The position numbers and the translations under genes were made by a program. Positions 55,121-64,000 of a DNA stretch of 64,000 bases are shown piece after piece. Numbering within the stretch: the stretch's first letter is position 1; each line of letters opens with the position of its first letter. A model generated the notes under the pieces. It ran no database searches, was not told the DNA's origin, and was given only the letters and a program-made list of their open reading frames with translations. This DNA comes from an uncultured delta proteobacterium (GTDB taxonomy: Bacteria > Desulfobacterota > Desulfobacteria > Desulfobacterales > Desulfosalsimonadaceae): positions 246,434-310,433 of the forward strand of contig CAWGYD010000010.1 of assembly GCA_963826785.1 (NCBI GenBank), in the 5' to 3' direction.

Positions 55121-56318
55121 CTATGGTTTGGACCCGGTCTCCGGCGCCGATTCTGCAGGCGGTTCCGGAGCGGCGTCCTGCAGGGCCACGAACTTTCCGT
55201 CCTTGACCGTCATCAGTTCAAATGCATTCTTGTCCAGGCCGCAGTGGTCATTTTTGGAGAATTCAAAAATGCCGCCGATGCCCACATACCGCATTTTTTC
55301 GATGTAATCGCGAATCTGGGCCGGATCATCGCCCACGTTCTTCAAGGCGTCTGAAAGGATCTGGATGCCATCATAGGCATGGCCGCCGAAAGTGCTGACA
55401 TGATCGTTGAAAGTGGATTCGTACTGGTTCTTGTAGCTCATCAGAACGGCCTTCTGAGGGTCGTCTGCGGGAAGGGATTCGGCGGCCATAATCTTGCCGG
55501 CCGGGAAGATGCACCCTTCGGCGGCATCCCCCGCGGCTTCCGCATACTTGATGTTGGCAAACCCGTGGCTCTGGTAGAGCGGCATGGTCATTTTGAGCTG
55601 CTTCATGTTTTTGGGGACGATGGACTGGGCCGGTACGATGGACCAGTTGACCACTGCCTGGGCTTCGGTGTTCCGGATGCGGATCAACTGAGCGGTCATG
55701 TCGGTATCCGCCGGGCTGTAGGTCTCATCCGCCACGATTTCGATGTTATAATCCTTGGCGATGTCTTTGAGCTGGGTCCGGCCGGCCGCGCCGAAGCCGG
55801 TGGTGCCGGTCATGATCCCGATTTTCTGGATGCCGTTTGCGGCCATGTGGTCGTATATCTTGCGCGCCGCATCGGAATCGTTTTGTCCCATCTTGAAAAT
55901 CCATGTGCGTTCATCCGGCGGATTGGTGATATCCGCAGCCGCCGCACAGGACAGCAGGGGGATCTTCTCCTGCTGCAGCCACAGGGATCACCGCCATGGT
56001 GGTGCCGCTCCGCGAAGGCCCGATAATCGCACATACCTGGTTTTTCTTGATCAGCTTTTTCACCGCATTCACAGCCCGGGTGTTGTCTCCCTGGGAGTCC
56101 TCGATGTGCGCCACCAGCTTGTGGCCGTTGATGCCGCCGGCCGCATTGATTTCCTTCACCAGCATCTCCACCGTATTGCGCTCCGGCTCACCCAGCCAGG
56201 ATGCGCTTCCGGTCACGGAAAACACACAGCCGATATGATATTCCTTTTCCGCTGCGGCCACATACGTGACCCCGGCCACCATCACCAGAAAACACACAAT
56301 AGATACAATCTTTCTCAA
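55121..56318 (-). CDS. HAAT (LivK-like) substrate-binding protein, frameshift near 55980
   Basis: Signal peptide, INAAGGING, IIGP; continues QQEKIPLLSCAAA...WIFK into the 55121-55891 ORF; TTG start with GGAGG RBS. Confidence 0.88.
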
Positions 56319-56402
56319 AGCATCCTCCCCTTCTTTTGAGTGGTTATGAACACGGGCATTCACGACAGCAGGTCTGAATGGTCCCAAAAAGCATAAAATG
56401 CA

Positions 56403-56840
56403 TCAAATGCTCAAAATGGTCGTTTGATCCAAGACGGTGATGTCGTTTTCCAGCAGCACGTCGATGGCCGCATCCAGGTCATCGAATCGAAAAATCAAAA
56501 TGGCCTGGTCCGTGTTTTTCTGGACAAATGCATACATGTATTCGACATTGAGGCCGGCGCGCTCGATAATGGACAGCAAGTTGCCCAGGGTGCCGGGTAT
56601 ATCGGGAATGGATACGGCGATCACCTCGGAGATGCGCACCATGAATCCATGATCTTTGAGCGTCTCTTCGGCTTTGTCCGGGTCGCTCACCACGAGCCGC
56701 AGAATGCCGAAATCAGAGGTGTCCGCAAGGGACATGGCCCGGATGTTGACACCGGCGCTGCCGAGGGCCGTGGTAATTTTCGCCAGTCGCCCGGAGCGAT
56801 TCTCCATGAAAATGGAAAGCTGACGGATCTTCATCTTCAC
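56403..56840 (-). CDS. Tandem ACT-domain protein
   Basis: QLSIFMENRSGRL, NIRAMSLADTSDFGILRL, NVEYMYAF. Confidence 0.92.
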   Translation of the reverse strand: MKMKIRQLSIFMENRSGRLAKITTALGSAGVNIRAMSLADTSDFGILRLVVSDPDKAEETLKDHGFMVRISEVIAVSIPDIPGTLGNLLSIIERAGLNVEYMYAFVQKNTDQAILIFRFDDLDAAIDVLLENDITVLDQTTILSI

Positions 56841-56893
56841 CTCGGTCCCCCCTATGGGAGGGGCGTTAAACAGGGTATTTGACGCAATCCGGA

Positions 56894-57931
56894 CTACAGA
56901 CAGGCGGGCATGGCTGTCAGTCCGGCGGCTTCATCCAGTCCCGCCATCAGGTTCATGTTCTGAACCGCCTGACCGGCCGCGCCCTTGACAAGGTTGTCGA
57001 TCACCGACATGAAAATGATGCGCTGATTGGCCTCATCGATATGAAATCCGATGTCACAGAAATTGGTCCCCCGGACGTGCAGCGTATCCGGCGGCCTGCC
57101 GTTCTCGGTGATGCGGATGAATCGCCGCCCCGCATAATAATCGGCCAGGCAGTCGTGAATGTCCCGGTAACTGACTTTTCTCGCAAGGGTGGCGTAAACG
57201 GTGGATTCCATGCCCCGGGTCAGGGGGATCAGATGGGGAACGAAAGTGATACTGACAGCCCGGCTTGCGGCCCGTCCCAGGATCGATTCGATTTCGGGCT
57301 GATGGCGGTGATTGCCAACTTTATAGGCTTTAAAAGATTCATTGACTTCGCAGAAGTGGGTGGCCAGGGAAAGGCCGCGCCCTGCGCCGCTCACCCCGGA
57401 TTTGGAATCCGCAATCAGCCCGCCGGCCTCAATAAACCCTTCCTTCAACAGCGGGTAGAGGGGAAGCAGGATGCTGGTGGGATAACAGCCCGGATTTCCG
57501 ATCAGGTCGGCGCCGGAAATCTCGTCGGTAAAGACTTCGGAGAGGCCGTAGACGGCCCGGGGAAGGAGCGCCTTTGCCGTGTGGGGCTGGTAGGCGGCTT
57601 CATAGAGGTCCGCGTCGGAAAAACGAAAATCCGCGGAGAGATCGATGATTTTCTTTCCGTTTTTCAGCAACTCCGGGACAAACGCCATGGGCAGCTTATG
57701 GGGAAGCGCCATGAATACCACGTCCGTTTGCTCGCTGACGCGGTCTGCGTCATATATTTCACAAACCTGGTCCACCAGGCCGGACATGGCCGGATAAATG
57801 CCGGCAAATGCGGTCCCGGCATGCTGCCGGGACGTTAACACCGTCAGTTTGACCTCCGGGTGGCCGGAGAGAATCCTGACCAGTTCCGCTCCCGTATAAC
57901 CTGTTGCGCCGATGACGCCAGCCCTGATCAT
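56894..57931 (-). CDS. argC: N-acetyl-gamma-glutamyl-phosphate reductase
   Basis: GATGYTG, DLSADFR, NPGCYPT, SGVSGAG, HRHQPEI, DNLVKGAAGQAVQN. Confidence 0.97.
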   Translation of the reverse strand: MIRAGVIGATGYTGAELVRILSGHPEVKLTVLTSRQHAGTAFAGIYPAMSGLVDQVCEIYDADRVSEQTDVVFMALPHKLPMAFVPELLKNGKKIIDLSADFRFSDADLYEAAYQPHTAKALLPRAVYGLSEVFTDEISGADLIGNPGCYPTSILLPLYPLLKEGFIEAGGLIADSKSGVSGAGRGLSLATHFCEVNESFKAYKVGNHRHQPEIESILGRAASRAVSITFVPHLIPLTRGMESTVYATLARKVSYRDIHDCLADYYAGRRFIRITENGRPPDTLHVRGTNFCDIGFHIDEANQRIIFMSVIDNLVKGAAGQAVQNMNLMAGLDEAAGLTAMPACL

Positions 57932-57991
57932 GGGTGCCAAATCACCTGGGAATATGGGTTTTCAAGAAAAAATGACACGATTGCCAAAATT

Positions 57992-58123
57992 GATGAACCC
58001 GTAAAAAGTCCGAAGTTCGTCACTCCGGTGAAAACCGGAGTCTATAACCAACTTAGTTTGTAGTAGATTCCGGCCTCCGCCGGAATGACGAAAGCGTAAA
58101 ATCCGACTTTTTACGGCTTCATC
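57992..58123. mobile_element. 132-bp MITE (family A)
   Basis: Near-identical to 31641-31772; flanks AAAATT / AAAATG. Confidence 0.85.
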
Positions 58124-58203
58124 AAAATGAATCTGCAAAAACTATCAGAGCTTGAATGGTTTTTCAAGCATATTCATGGGATTTGTTCCCCCTGATCCGT
58201 GCA

Positions 58204-58974
58204 TCAGCATAGCCCTGCCAGAAAATCTCTCAAGACCTGATTGACCGCTTCGGGCTGCTCAATGGGGGAAAGGTGTCCCACATGATCAAGCTGCACCAGC
58301 TGTGCGCCGGGAATCTGCCGGGACAGGTGCTCGCCGTATTTTGGGGGGGTCAGATTGTCCTCGCTTCCGGTCACTACCAGTACCGGCACCTGGATCAGCG
58401 CCAGGCGGTCCATGGCGTCAAAACGATCGCATGCCGTAAAATCATTTATGGCCGCATCTTTTGACGGATTGGTGATTTCGCCCAGGATTGTTTTCGCCCG
58501 CGCCTTATCCATTTTGGAAGATACGGCAAAGTTCACCACCATATCCTCGTACTGCTTAAAATCCTTTTCAATGGCCTCGAAAATAAACGGCATTACCCGC
58601 AGTTTTGCGCCGGTATGCATGAGAATGCCGGCGGCAAATGCCTCCGGATGGGATAAAAGGAGTTCTATGGCCACGGCTCCGCCCATGCTCAGACCGCAGG
58701 GTATCGGCCGGGGCGCCCCCGCCGCATCGATGATCCGATAAACCGCATCGGCATAGGCTTCGATGCGATCATGCCCGTTGCCCGCTGAATCCTTATGGCC
58801 GGGCAGATCGATGGCCAGGGTATTGGCCGCATCCGAAAGTCCGGAGACCTGCTCGTCCCAAAGTCCCTTTGACAAGGCTGCGCCATGGATGAACACCAGG
58901 GTGGGCTTTTCCGGGTCAAGGGGCCACCGGCCCGCTGTTACGGCGCAATCTGCGATTATTTCGTGTTCCATCAT
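58204..58974 (-). CDS. Alpha/beta hydrolase
   Basis: FIHGA, DLPGH, GLSMGG, GSED..TP, GHL. Confidence 0.88.
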   Translation of the reverse strand: MMEHEIIADCAVTAGRWPLDPEKPTLVFIHGAALSKGLWDEQVSGLSDAANTLAIDLPGHKDSAGNGHDRIEAYADAVYRIIDAAGAPRPIPCGLSMGGAVAIELLLSHPEAFAAGILMHTGAKLRVMPFIFEAIEKDFKQYEDMVVNFAVSSKMDKARAKTILGEITNPSKDAAINDFTACDRFDAMDRLALIQVPVLVVTGSEDNLTPPKYGEHLSRQIPGAQLVQLDHVGHLSPIEQPEAVNQVLRDFLAGLC

Positions 58975-59618
58975 ATACTCCTGATTTTTCCTTTTGCGTC
59001 TGATTTTGCAAAAACCGCAGCCAAATCCGTTTCCGGATCATAGGGCCGAATTTCATATTCGTCTGCCAGCTGCGGCAAGGGATCGACAAATGCGGCCCGG
59101 TCGAGCCGGTTTAAGATCGGCCAGGTCAGTGAGCGCGCGCCCGGCATCAACTGTTCATGGACCATGCTGATATGGAGGTGGGGTAAAAGCGGCGTCTTTC
59201 GGCCCGCGGTATCGGCGATGGCAGCGCAGATTTCGCCGCGCTTTACTCCGTCGCCGACGGCAAGGCCGGGTTCAGGCCGGACATGGGCGTACAGGACGGC
59301 GATGCCCTCTGCTTTCCCGTGGCGGACCACAACGGTTTTTCCCAGCAGATCATCGATGATGGCGCTCACCCTGCCATCGGCGATTACCGGGACCCGGACG
59401 GTTTCATCAAGGCGGTAATTTATGGGGCCCGCACCGGCAAAAAAACAGATGTCCACCCCTTCATGGGAACTCGCCCGGCACCCTTTGCGGCCCCACCATG
59501 TTTCAAACGATCCGAAAAGCATCCCCGGGAAGAACACCGGATAGCGGTATTTATCCGCATCCAGTTGATTTACCCGGACAAGAAGCGATATGTAATCGGA
59601 TTGAAAATTCAAGATCAC
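58971..59618 (-). CDS. M23-like peptidase domain protein
   Basis: HEGVD, LYAH, PHLHIS. Confidence 0.75.
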   Translation of the reverse strand: MILNFQSDYISLLVRVNQLDADKYRYPVFFPGMLFGSFETWWGRKGCRASSHEGVDICFFAGAGPINYRLDETVRVPVIADGRVSAIIDDLLGKTVVVRHGKAEGIAVLYAHVRPEPGLAVGDGVKRGEICAAIADTAGRKTPLLPHLHISMVHEQLMPGARSLTWPILNRLDRAAFVDPLPQLADEYEIRPYDPETDLAAVFAKSDAKGKIRSI

Positions 59619-60926
59619 TTCAGCCGCTGTTTGATCATGCCCGCATAACGGCTGGCCTCATCATGCTCGCCCCGCTCCTCGTAGATCTGTCCAATCCGCG
59701 CAAAATAATCCATTTGATTGTCCGGGTCTTCCTGGGCGAGCACATGATAGAGTTCAAGGAGCCGGTTGGACCGGTCCCCCGACCTGAATCCCAGTTCCGC
59801 ATATCTCACTTTGACAAACGGGTCGGTCCGGGTCCCGCAGGTGGCGCATCCCTTGAGGATCTCGCCATATATGCGGCGCGCGGTATCCAGTTCATCCAGG
59901 GCTTCATAGGCCCGGGCCAGGGACCGGGAGACGATTTCATTGAACCCGTTTTTTTCCTGGTACCGCTCATAGAGGCTCACGGATTCTTCGTATCGCTTCT
60001 GCAGATACAGGGTCTCGCCGGTCAGAAGCATTATCGACAGATCGCTTCGGATCTCTTCCGGGCATGATTGGATGAGGGTCTCCGCAGCGGAGAAATTTTC
60101 CTGCTCCCAGTAGATATCGCACAGCATCTGATATCCCCGGACTTCCAGGGGATGTGATTTGACAAACGGCTCCAGAATTTCCCGGGCCCGGCCGGTCTGC
60201 CCCAGGTGCAGCAGCGCGGTGGCCAGTTCGAGGGGGATCAGGTGTCCTTCCGGGTGCTGCTCCCGGGCAAGAAAAAACTGCTGGGCAGCCATTTCAAATT
60301 CGCCCTGGTTTAAGGCCAGATAACCTTTTCTGAATGAATCGCCATAACCGTGATACGCATCCCGGACCTGTTCGGGCAAAGTGCTCAGCAGGACATCATA
60401 GTAGTGGTCATCCAGTTCATCTGCTTCACCTTCATCGTTGTCTTCATACATGTCTTCATAGTTCGTCATCATCTTCATCGTCTTCGCCGTCGTCATCGTC
60501 ACCCGATTCCGCCAAAGGCGTCGCATCCCGTGTCTCATCGGGATGATGATGGGATTTGGAAATGACTTTTCTATTATGATTTGAAATACTTGCAATCAAA
60601 GATTGAATATCATGCTTTAATTGTTCATTTTCAGTCAATTCGAGGGCGAGGCGGAGCAGGTCCTCGGCTTCCGCGAGGTTATCCGAAGCGGCGAGATCAC
60701 TGGCATTATCGAAATGCTGCCGCGCCAATGCCTCTTTTGTCGTCGAAATTTTCTCTGTCAGGCGTTGAATCAGGTGCGGTTTTTCCGGGCATTTGCGTTC
60801 CGCCCGATCAAGGGCTTTTTCATACTCGATCTTGGCGGCCCCGTATTCGCCCTCCCTGGCATACTGGTCTGCAACGGCCTCCATTTCTTCAGGCGTTTTG
60901 CCAATGATAAAACTCAACAATCCCAT
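59615..60926 (-). CDS. TPR-repeat protein with acidic linker, frameshift near 60460
   Basis: Two helical-repeat ORFs join through a D/E-rich tract. Confidence 0.75.
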
Positions 60927-60935
60927 TTCATTTCC

Positions 60936-62330
60936 TCAAAGTTTCAAGGTAATATAATATTGTCGGTCACCGCGCTGGAGCAGCACCACCACCGATTCCT
61001 TGTACCGGTAGCGGACAACGGCATCATAAAAATCCGACACGTCTTTTGCGGCGGCATCATCGATCCGCCGGATCACATCCCCGGGCCGGACGCCCACGGA
61101 GGCCAGAGCCGACTGGGGATCGATCTTTGAAATGATCACTCCGGAGTCCGCCCGTATGACGGGAGAGTACCGGGATCGATGCTCAAGCGACTCGACCTGA
61201 ACGCCTAAAAGCCGATAGGCGAGTTTCGGGGCGAGGCCTGGGGGGAAAACCGCCGCTTTGAGCGTAAACGCCAGCTGCTGCTGATCACGGGCAACGGAAA
61301 TGCGCATATTTTCCCCTTCCGCAATCCCGCGCATGGCCTGCTCGAATTCCCCCACGGACCGGACCGGGTTCTTGTCGATGGATATGATGATGTCGCCGTC
61401 CTTCAATCCCGACTGTGCCGCCGGACTGTCGGCCTCGATATCGTTGATGACGATTCCGCTCTCGTCGGGCAGCCCCAGGTAACGGGCAAGCTGCGGATCC
61501 AGATCCTGAACGTTCAGTCCGACCCATGCGTGCATCACCTCCCCGTATTCAATCAGATCGGAAATGATCTTTTGCGCCATATTGATGGGAATGGCAAAGC
61601 CGATCCCCTGGGCTTCCGCATAAATGGCGGTATTGATGCCGATCAGGTTGCCCTCGATATTCAGAAGGGGGCCGCCACTGTTTCCGGGGTTGATGGATGC
61701 GTCCGTCTGGATGAAATCATGGTAGACATGGTCCTGCGTGCGAACGCTCCGATGATTGGCGCTGATGACCCCGGTGGTCACCGTGTTGGAAAACCCGAAG
61801 GGGTTGCCGATGGCGATCACGGTCTCACCGATCATGATATCCGACGAATCTCCCATCTGGATGGCGGGCAGGGATTCATCCGTGGTGATCCGCAGCACGG
61901 CGAGATCCGATTGGGTGTCCGCACCCACGATATCCGCCTTGAATTCCCGTCCGTCACTTAAAACCGCGGAAATTGAGCTGGTGTTCGCCACCACATGCTC
62001 ATTGGTCAGGATCAGCCCGCGTTTTCCGTCGATGATCACGCCCGATCCCAGGCTGGTGAGTTTGCGCTTCCGCTCGATCCCCCGTTCAAAGAAATCCCTG
62101 AAATACGGATCCGGAGTGAGCCGGTAAAAGGGGTTCGCCCGTTCACGAATTTCATACTCGGAACTGATGTTGACCACCGCCGGACTGACTTTTTGGACCG
62201 CCCGGACCACCGGGCTTTCCCGTGCGGCTTTGTCGATGGGCAGATCCCCGGCCGGCAGGGCTGCAGGGGCAAATAAGACCAGGCAGATGACCCACCCGGC
62301 GATCCTGTTTAGCATATGACCGCTGTTCAT
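60936..62330 (-). CDS. HtrA/DegP-like serine protease with two PDZ domains
   Basis: LGSGVI, TNEHV, DLAVL, QTDASINPGNSGGPL. Confidence 0.95.
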   Translation of the reverse strand: MNSGHMLNRIAGWVICLVLFAPAALPAGDLPIDKAARESPVVRAVQKVSPAVVNISSEYEIRERANPFYRLTPDPYFRDFFERGIERKRKLTSLGSGVIIDGKRGLILTNEHVVANTSSISAVLSDGREFKADIVGADTQSDLAVLRITTDESLPAIQMGDSSDIMIGETVIAIGNPFGFSNTVTTGVISANHRSVRTQDHVYHDFIQTDASINPGNSGGPLLNIEGNLIGINTAIYAEAQGIGFAIPINMAQKIISDLIEYGEVMHAWVGLNVQDLDPQLARYLGLPDESGIVINDIEADSPAAQSGLKDGDIIISIDKNPVRSVGEFEQAMRGIAEGENMRISVARDQQQLAFTLKAAVFPPGLAPKLAYRLLGVQVESLEHRSRYSPVIRADSGVIISKIDPQSALASVGVRPGDVIRRIDDAAAKDVSDFYDAVVRYRYKESVVVLLQRGDRQYYITLKL

Positions 62331-62429
62331 CGGGGATGCGCCCTTTCAGTTCGGCACGCAAAAAGACAAGAAAAATTTGCCTTTAGCGATTGCATGGTGT
62401 AAGATTCAGATAAATCATTCGGTAATTAT

Positions 62430-62561
62430 GATGAAATCGTAAAAAGTCCAAAATTCGTCACTCCGGTGAAAACCGGAGTCTATAACCAACTTAGTTTGTA
62501 GTAGATTCCGGCCTCCGCCGGAATGACGAAAGCGTAAAATCCGACTTTTTACGGATTCATC
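62430..62561. mobile_element. 132-bp MITE (family A)
   Basis: Near-identical to the other copies; ATTAT direct repeat on both sides. Confidence 0.85.
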
Positions 62562-62636
62562 ATTATAGATAAATGCTGCGCCCACCCGGGTCACGCCTGA
62601 ACTGCTTCAGAGACAGACGGTAGAAAAGGAGGCACG

Positions 62637-62876
62637 ATGTTTCAAGTCTTTTTATTCGTCAGCAGCCTTGTTGCCTTTATTGTCGGCGGGCTGATCGTTC
62701 TGATCGGCATCGGGGCGATCACCGGCTGCGCAGGAGGCCTGATCGCCATGATCGCCGGCGGGTTCATCGCACTGCTGGGGATCTGGTCCGCAGTCACCTT
62801 CATGCTGCCCTCCCCTGAGCCGATTCCCGGAAGCCAAACGGTCAATCTGGTTCGGCACAACGGAAAATGGTATTAG
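62637..62876 (+). CDS. Small two-helix membrane protein
   Basis: AGGAGG RBS; two Gly-rich hydrophobic segments. Confidence 0.65.
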   Translation: MFQVFLFVSSLVAFIVGGLIVLIGIGAITGCAGGLIAMIAGGFIALLGIWSAVTFMLPSPEPIPGSQTVNLVRHNGKWY

Positions 62877-63436
62877 CCATTCTTCCTTTTTTCCAGTTCA
62901 GACACCTTTCGATGCAGGGCATCTACCTGGTTGGCAAGATCATCCACCTGATCCCGGGTGGCGAGATGGGTCATGTTGATCATTTCCGATAAGCGCTGAT
63001 CGATGTTTTCCGTCATCCATCGTTTGAGCGTGGTGGTAAACCCGGTGATCTCTTTTTTCAGGGTTTTGCCTTCGATTTCTGAAATTTCCTTCTCATTCAC
63101 CATATTATTGATGAATTTGTCAAATTCATCCTTTGACATGCCAAGGGCGCTCTGCCACAGGGAAACATATTTTTTGCCATAGCCGAACAGCGTCCCGCGC
63201 CCCTTTCGAAGCATCTGCATCAGCACATTGGACGGAACCGCTTCATCCACATCGGATTTTTCCCTGGCCAGCAGCTGGGATACGATGGAGGCGGTCAGAT
63301 CATCTCCGGTTTCGTTGTCGATAATCGAGACCTCTTCGCCGTTTTTGATCAGCCCGGACAGCTGGTCCATGGTCAGATACCGCTTCTCGGTGGTGTCGTA
63401 GAGCTTGCGGTTGGCATACTTTTTTACCAGATGCAT
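62873..63436 (-). CDS. PhaR-type DNA-binding domain protein with phasin-like C-terminus
   Basis: VKKYANRKLYDT...Y.T, ETGDDLT; C-terminal LATRDQV..L. Confidence 0.85.
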   Translation of the reverse strand: MHLVKKYANRKLYDTTEKRYLTMDQLSGLIKNGEEVSIIDNETGDDLTASIVSQLLAREKSDVDEAVPSNVLMQMLRKGRGTLFGYGKKYVSLWQSALGMSKDEFDKFINNMVNEKEISEIEGKTLKKEITGFTTTLKRWMTENIDQRLSEMINMTHLATRDQVDDLANQVDALHRKVSELEKRKNG

Positions 63437-63821
63437 TTTGTCTCCATATAAAACTTATTCAAATATTTATTCCATATTTCCAATGTTATGCTTTAAGTGA
63501 TGACCCCCGAGGTAGACAACATCGGCTCCGGTCATTATGATAGGGTATAATCGAGCGCAAATGCAAAGGGCGCCGCACCCGGCAAAACCGTTTCGGCGGT
63601 ATTATTCATATCCAGATCCTAAATCAACGGGCAATTATATATGACGCCATGCGTTACGCGTGTCAAGTTTTTAGTGCCCGTCATAAATGGGCAAATCAGC
63701 TCTCATGCCGGGCACTTTTTGACTTCAGCGGATTGGTTTGAGAAAAATACAGTTTGCCTTTAAACGTATCATTTGATAATAATTTTCTGTTATAGTCCAA
63801 ATCTTGAACCAGGAGGGGAAA

Positions 63822-64000
63822 ATGAAAAAACAAGTTGAAATCATGTCCAGTATTGACAATTTCTGGCTGCACATGGATCATCCCACCAACCTGATGGTGA
63901 TCACGGGCTTTTTGAAGTTTGATCACCCTCTCGACTACAAGCGGCTGGCAGAAACGTTTAAAAATCGCCTCCTGTGTTACGACCGCTTCAAAAAGCGGGT
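63822..64000 (+). CDS. Wax ester synthase/diacylglycerol acyltransferase (WS/DGAT), 5' end only
   Basis: Manual translation MKKQVEIMSSIDNFWLHMDHPTNLMVITG...RLL.YDRFKKR resembles WS/DGAT N-termini; AGGAGG RBS; the HHxxxDG motif would lie outside the window. Confidence 0.75.
   Translation, partial: MKKQVEIMSSIDNFWLHMDHPTNLMVITGFLKFDHPLDYKRLAETFKNRLLCYDRFKKR

Noticed and set aside
63560..63605. c-di-GMP-I riboswitch (GGCAAAACC...)
   Set aside because: Lacks the GAAA tetraloop and the following GCAAA/P3 elements

Overview
64 kb of ordinary chromosome from an anaerobic, GC-rich bacterium; gene content and repeat families suggest Desulfobacterales/Desulfobacterota (inference). In order: the 5' part of an aldehyde:ferredoxin oxidoreductase, a half-size TSUP transporter, and an uncharacterised four-gene operon (ferredoxin/BFD, LarA-like, QPRTase-like, MoCF/CinA-like). 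Then a sucrose cluster (fructokinase, SPS-SPP, sucrose phosphorylase), rubrerythrin, cobO, and an IS110-family element with a strongly structured 3' non-coding region (bridge/seekRNA candidate) inserted in a decayed AT-rich gene. Then a QueG/RdhA-like Fe-S protein, BKACE, a cyclase, a leucine/isovalerate catabolic cluster with a double-TetR regulator, hsp20/dnaJ-like genes, leuCD-hisE, a GAF-kinase-USP module, clpS-clpA-aat, secA, folD, an argC-ACT-livKHMGF-paaK-like run, htrA, and a phaR-like gene facing a wax-ester synthase. Intergenic DNA carries at least four families of miniature palindromic elements. About eight single-base frameshifts in unrelated genes point to an error-prone assembly. 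No rRNA, tRNA or CRISPR array was seen. All assignments come from motif recognition by eye, not database searches.
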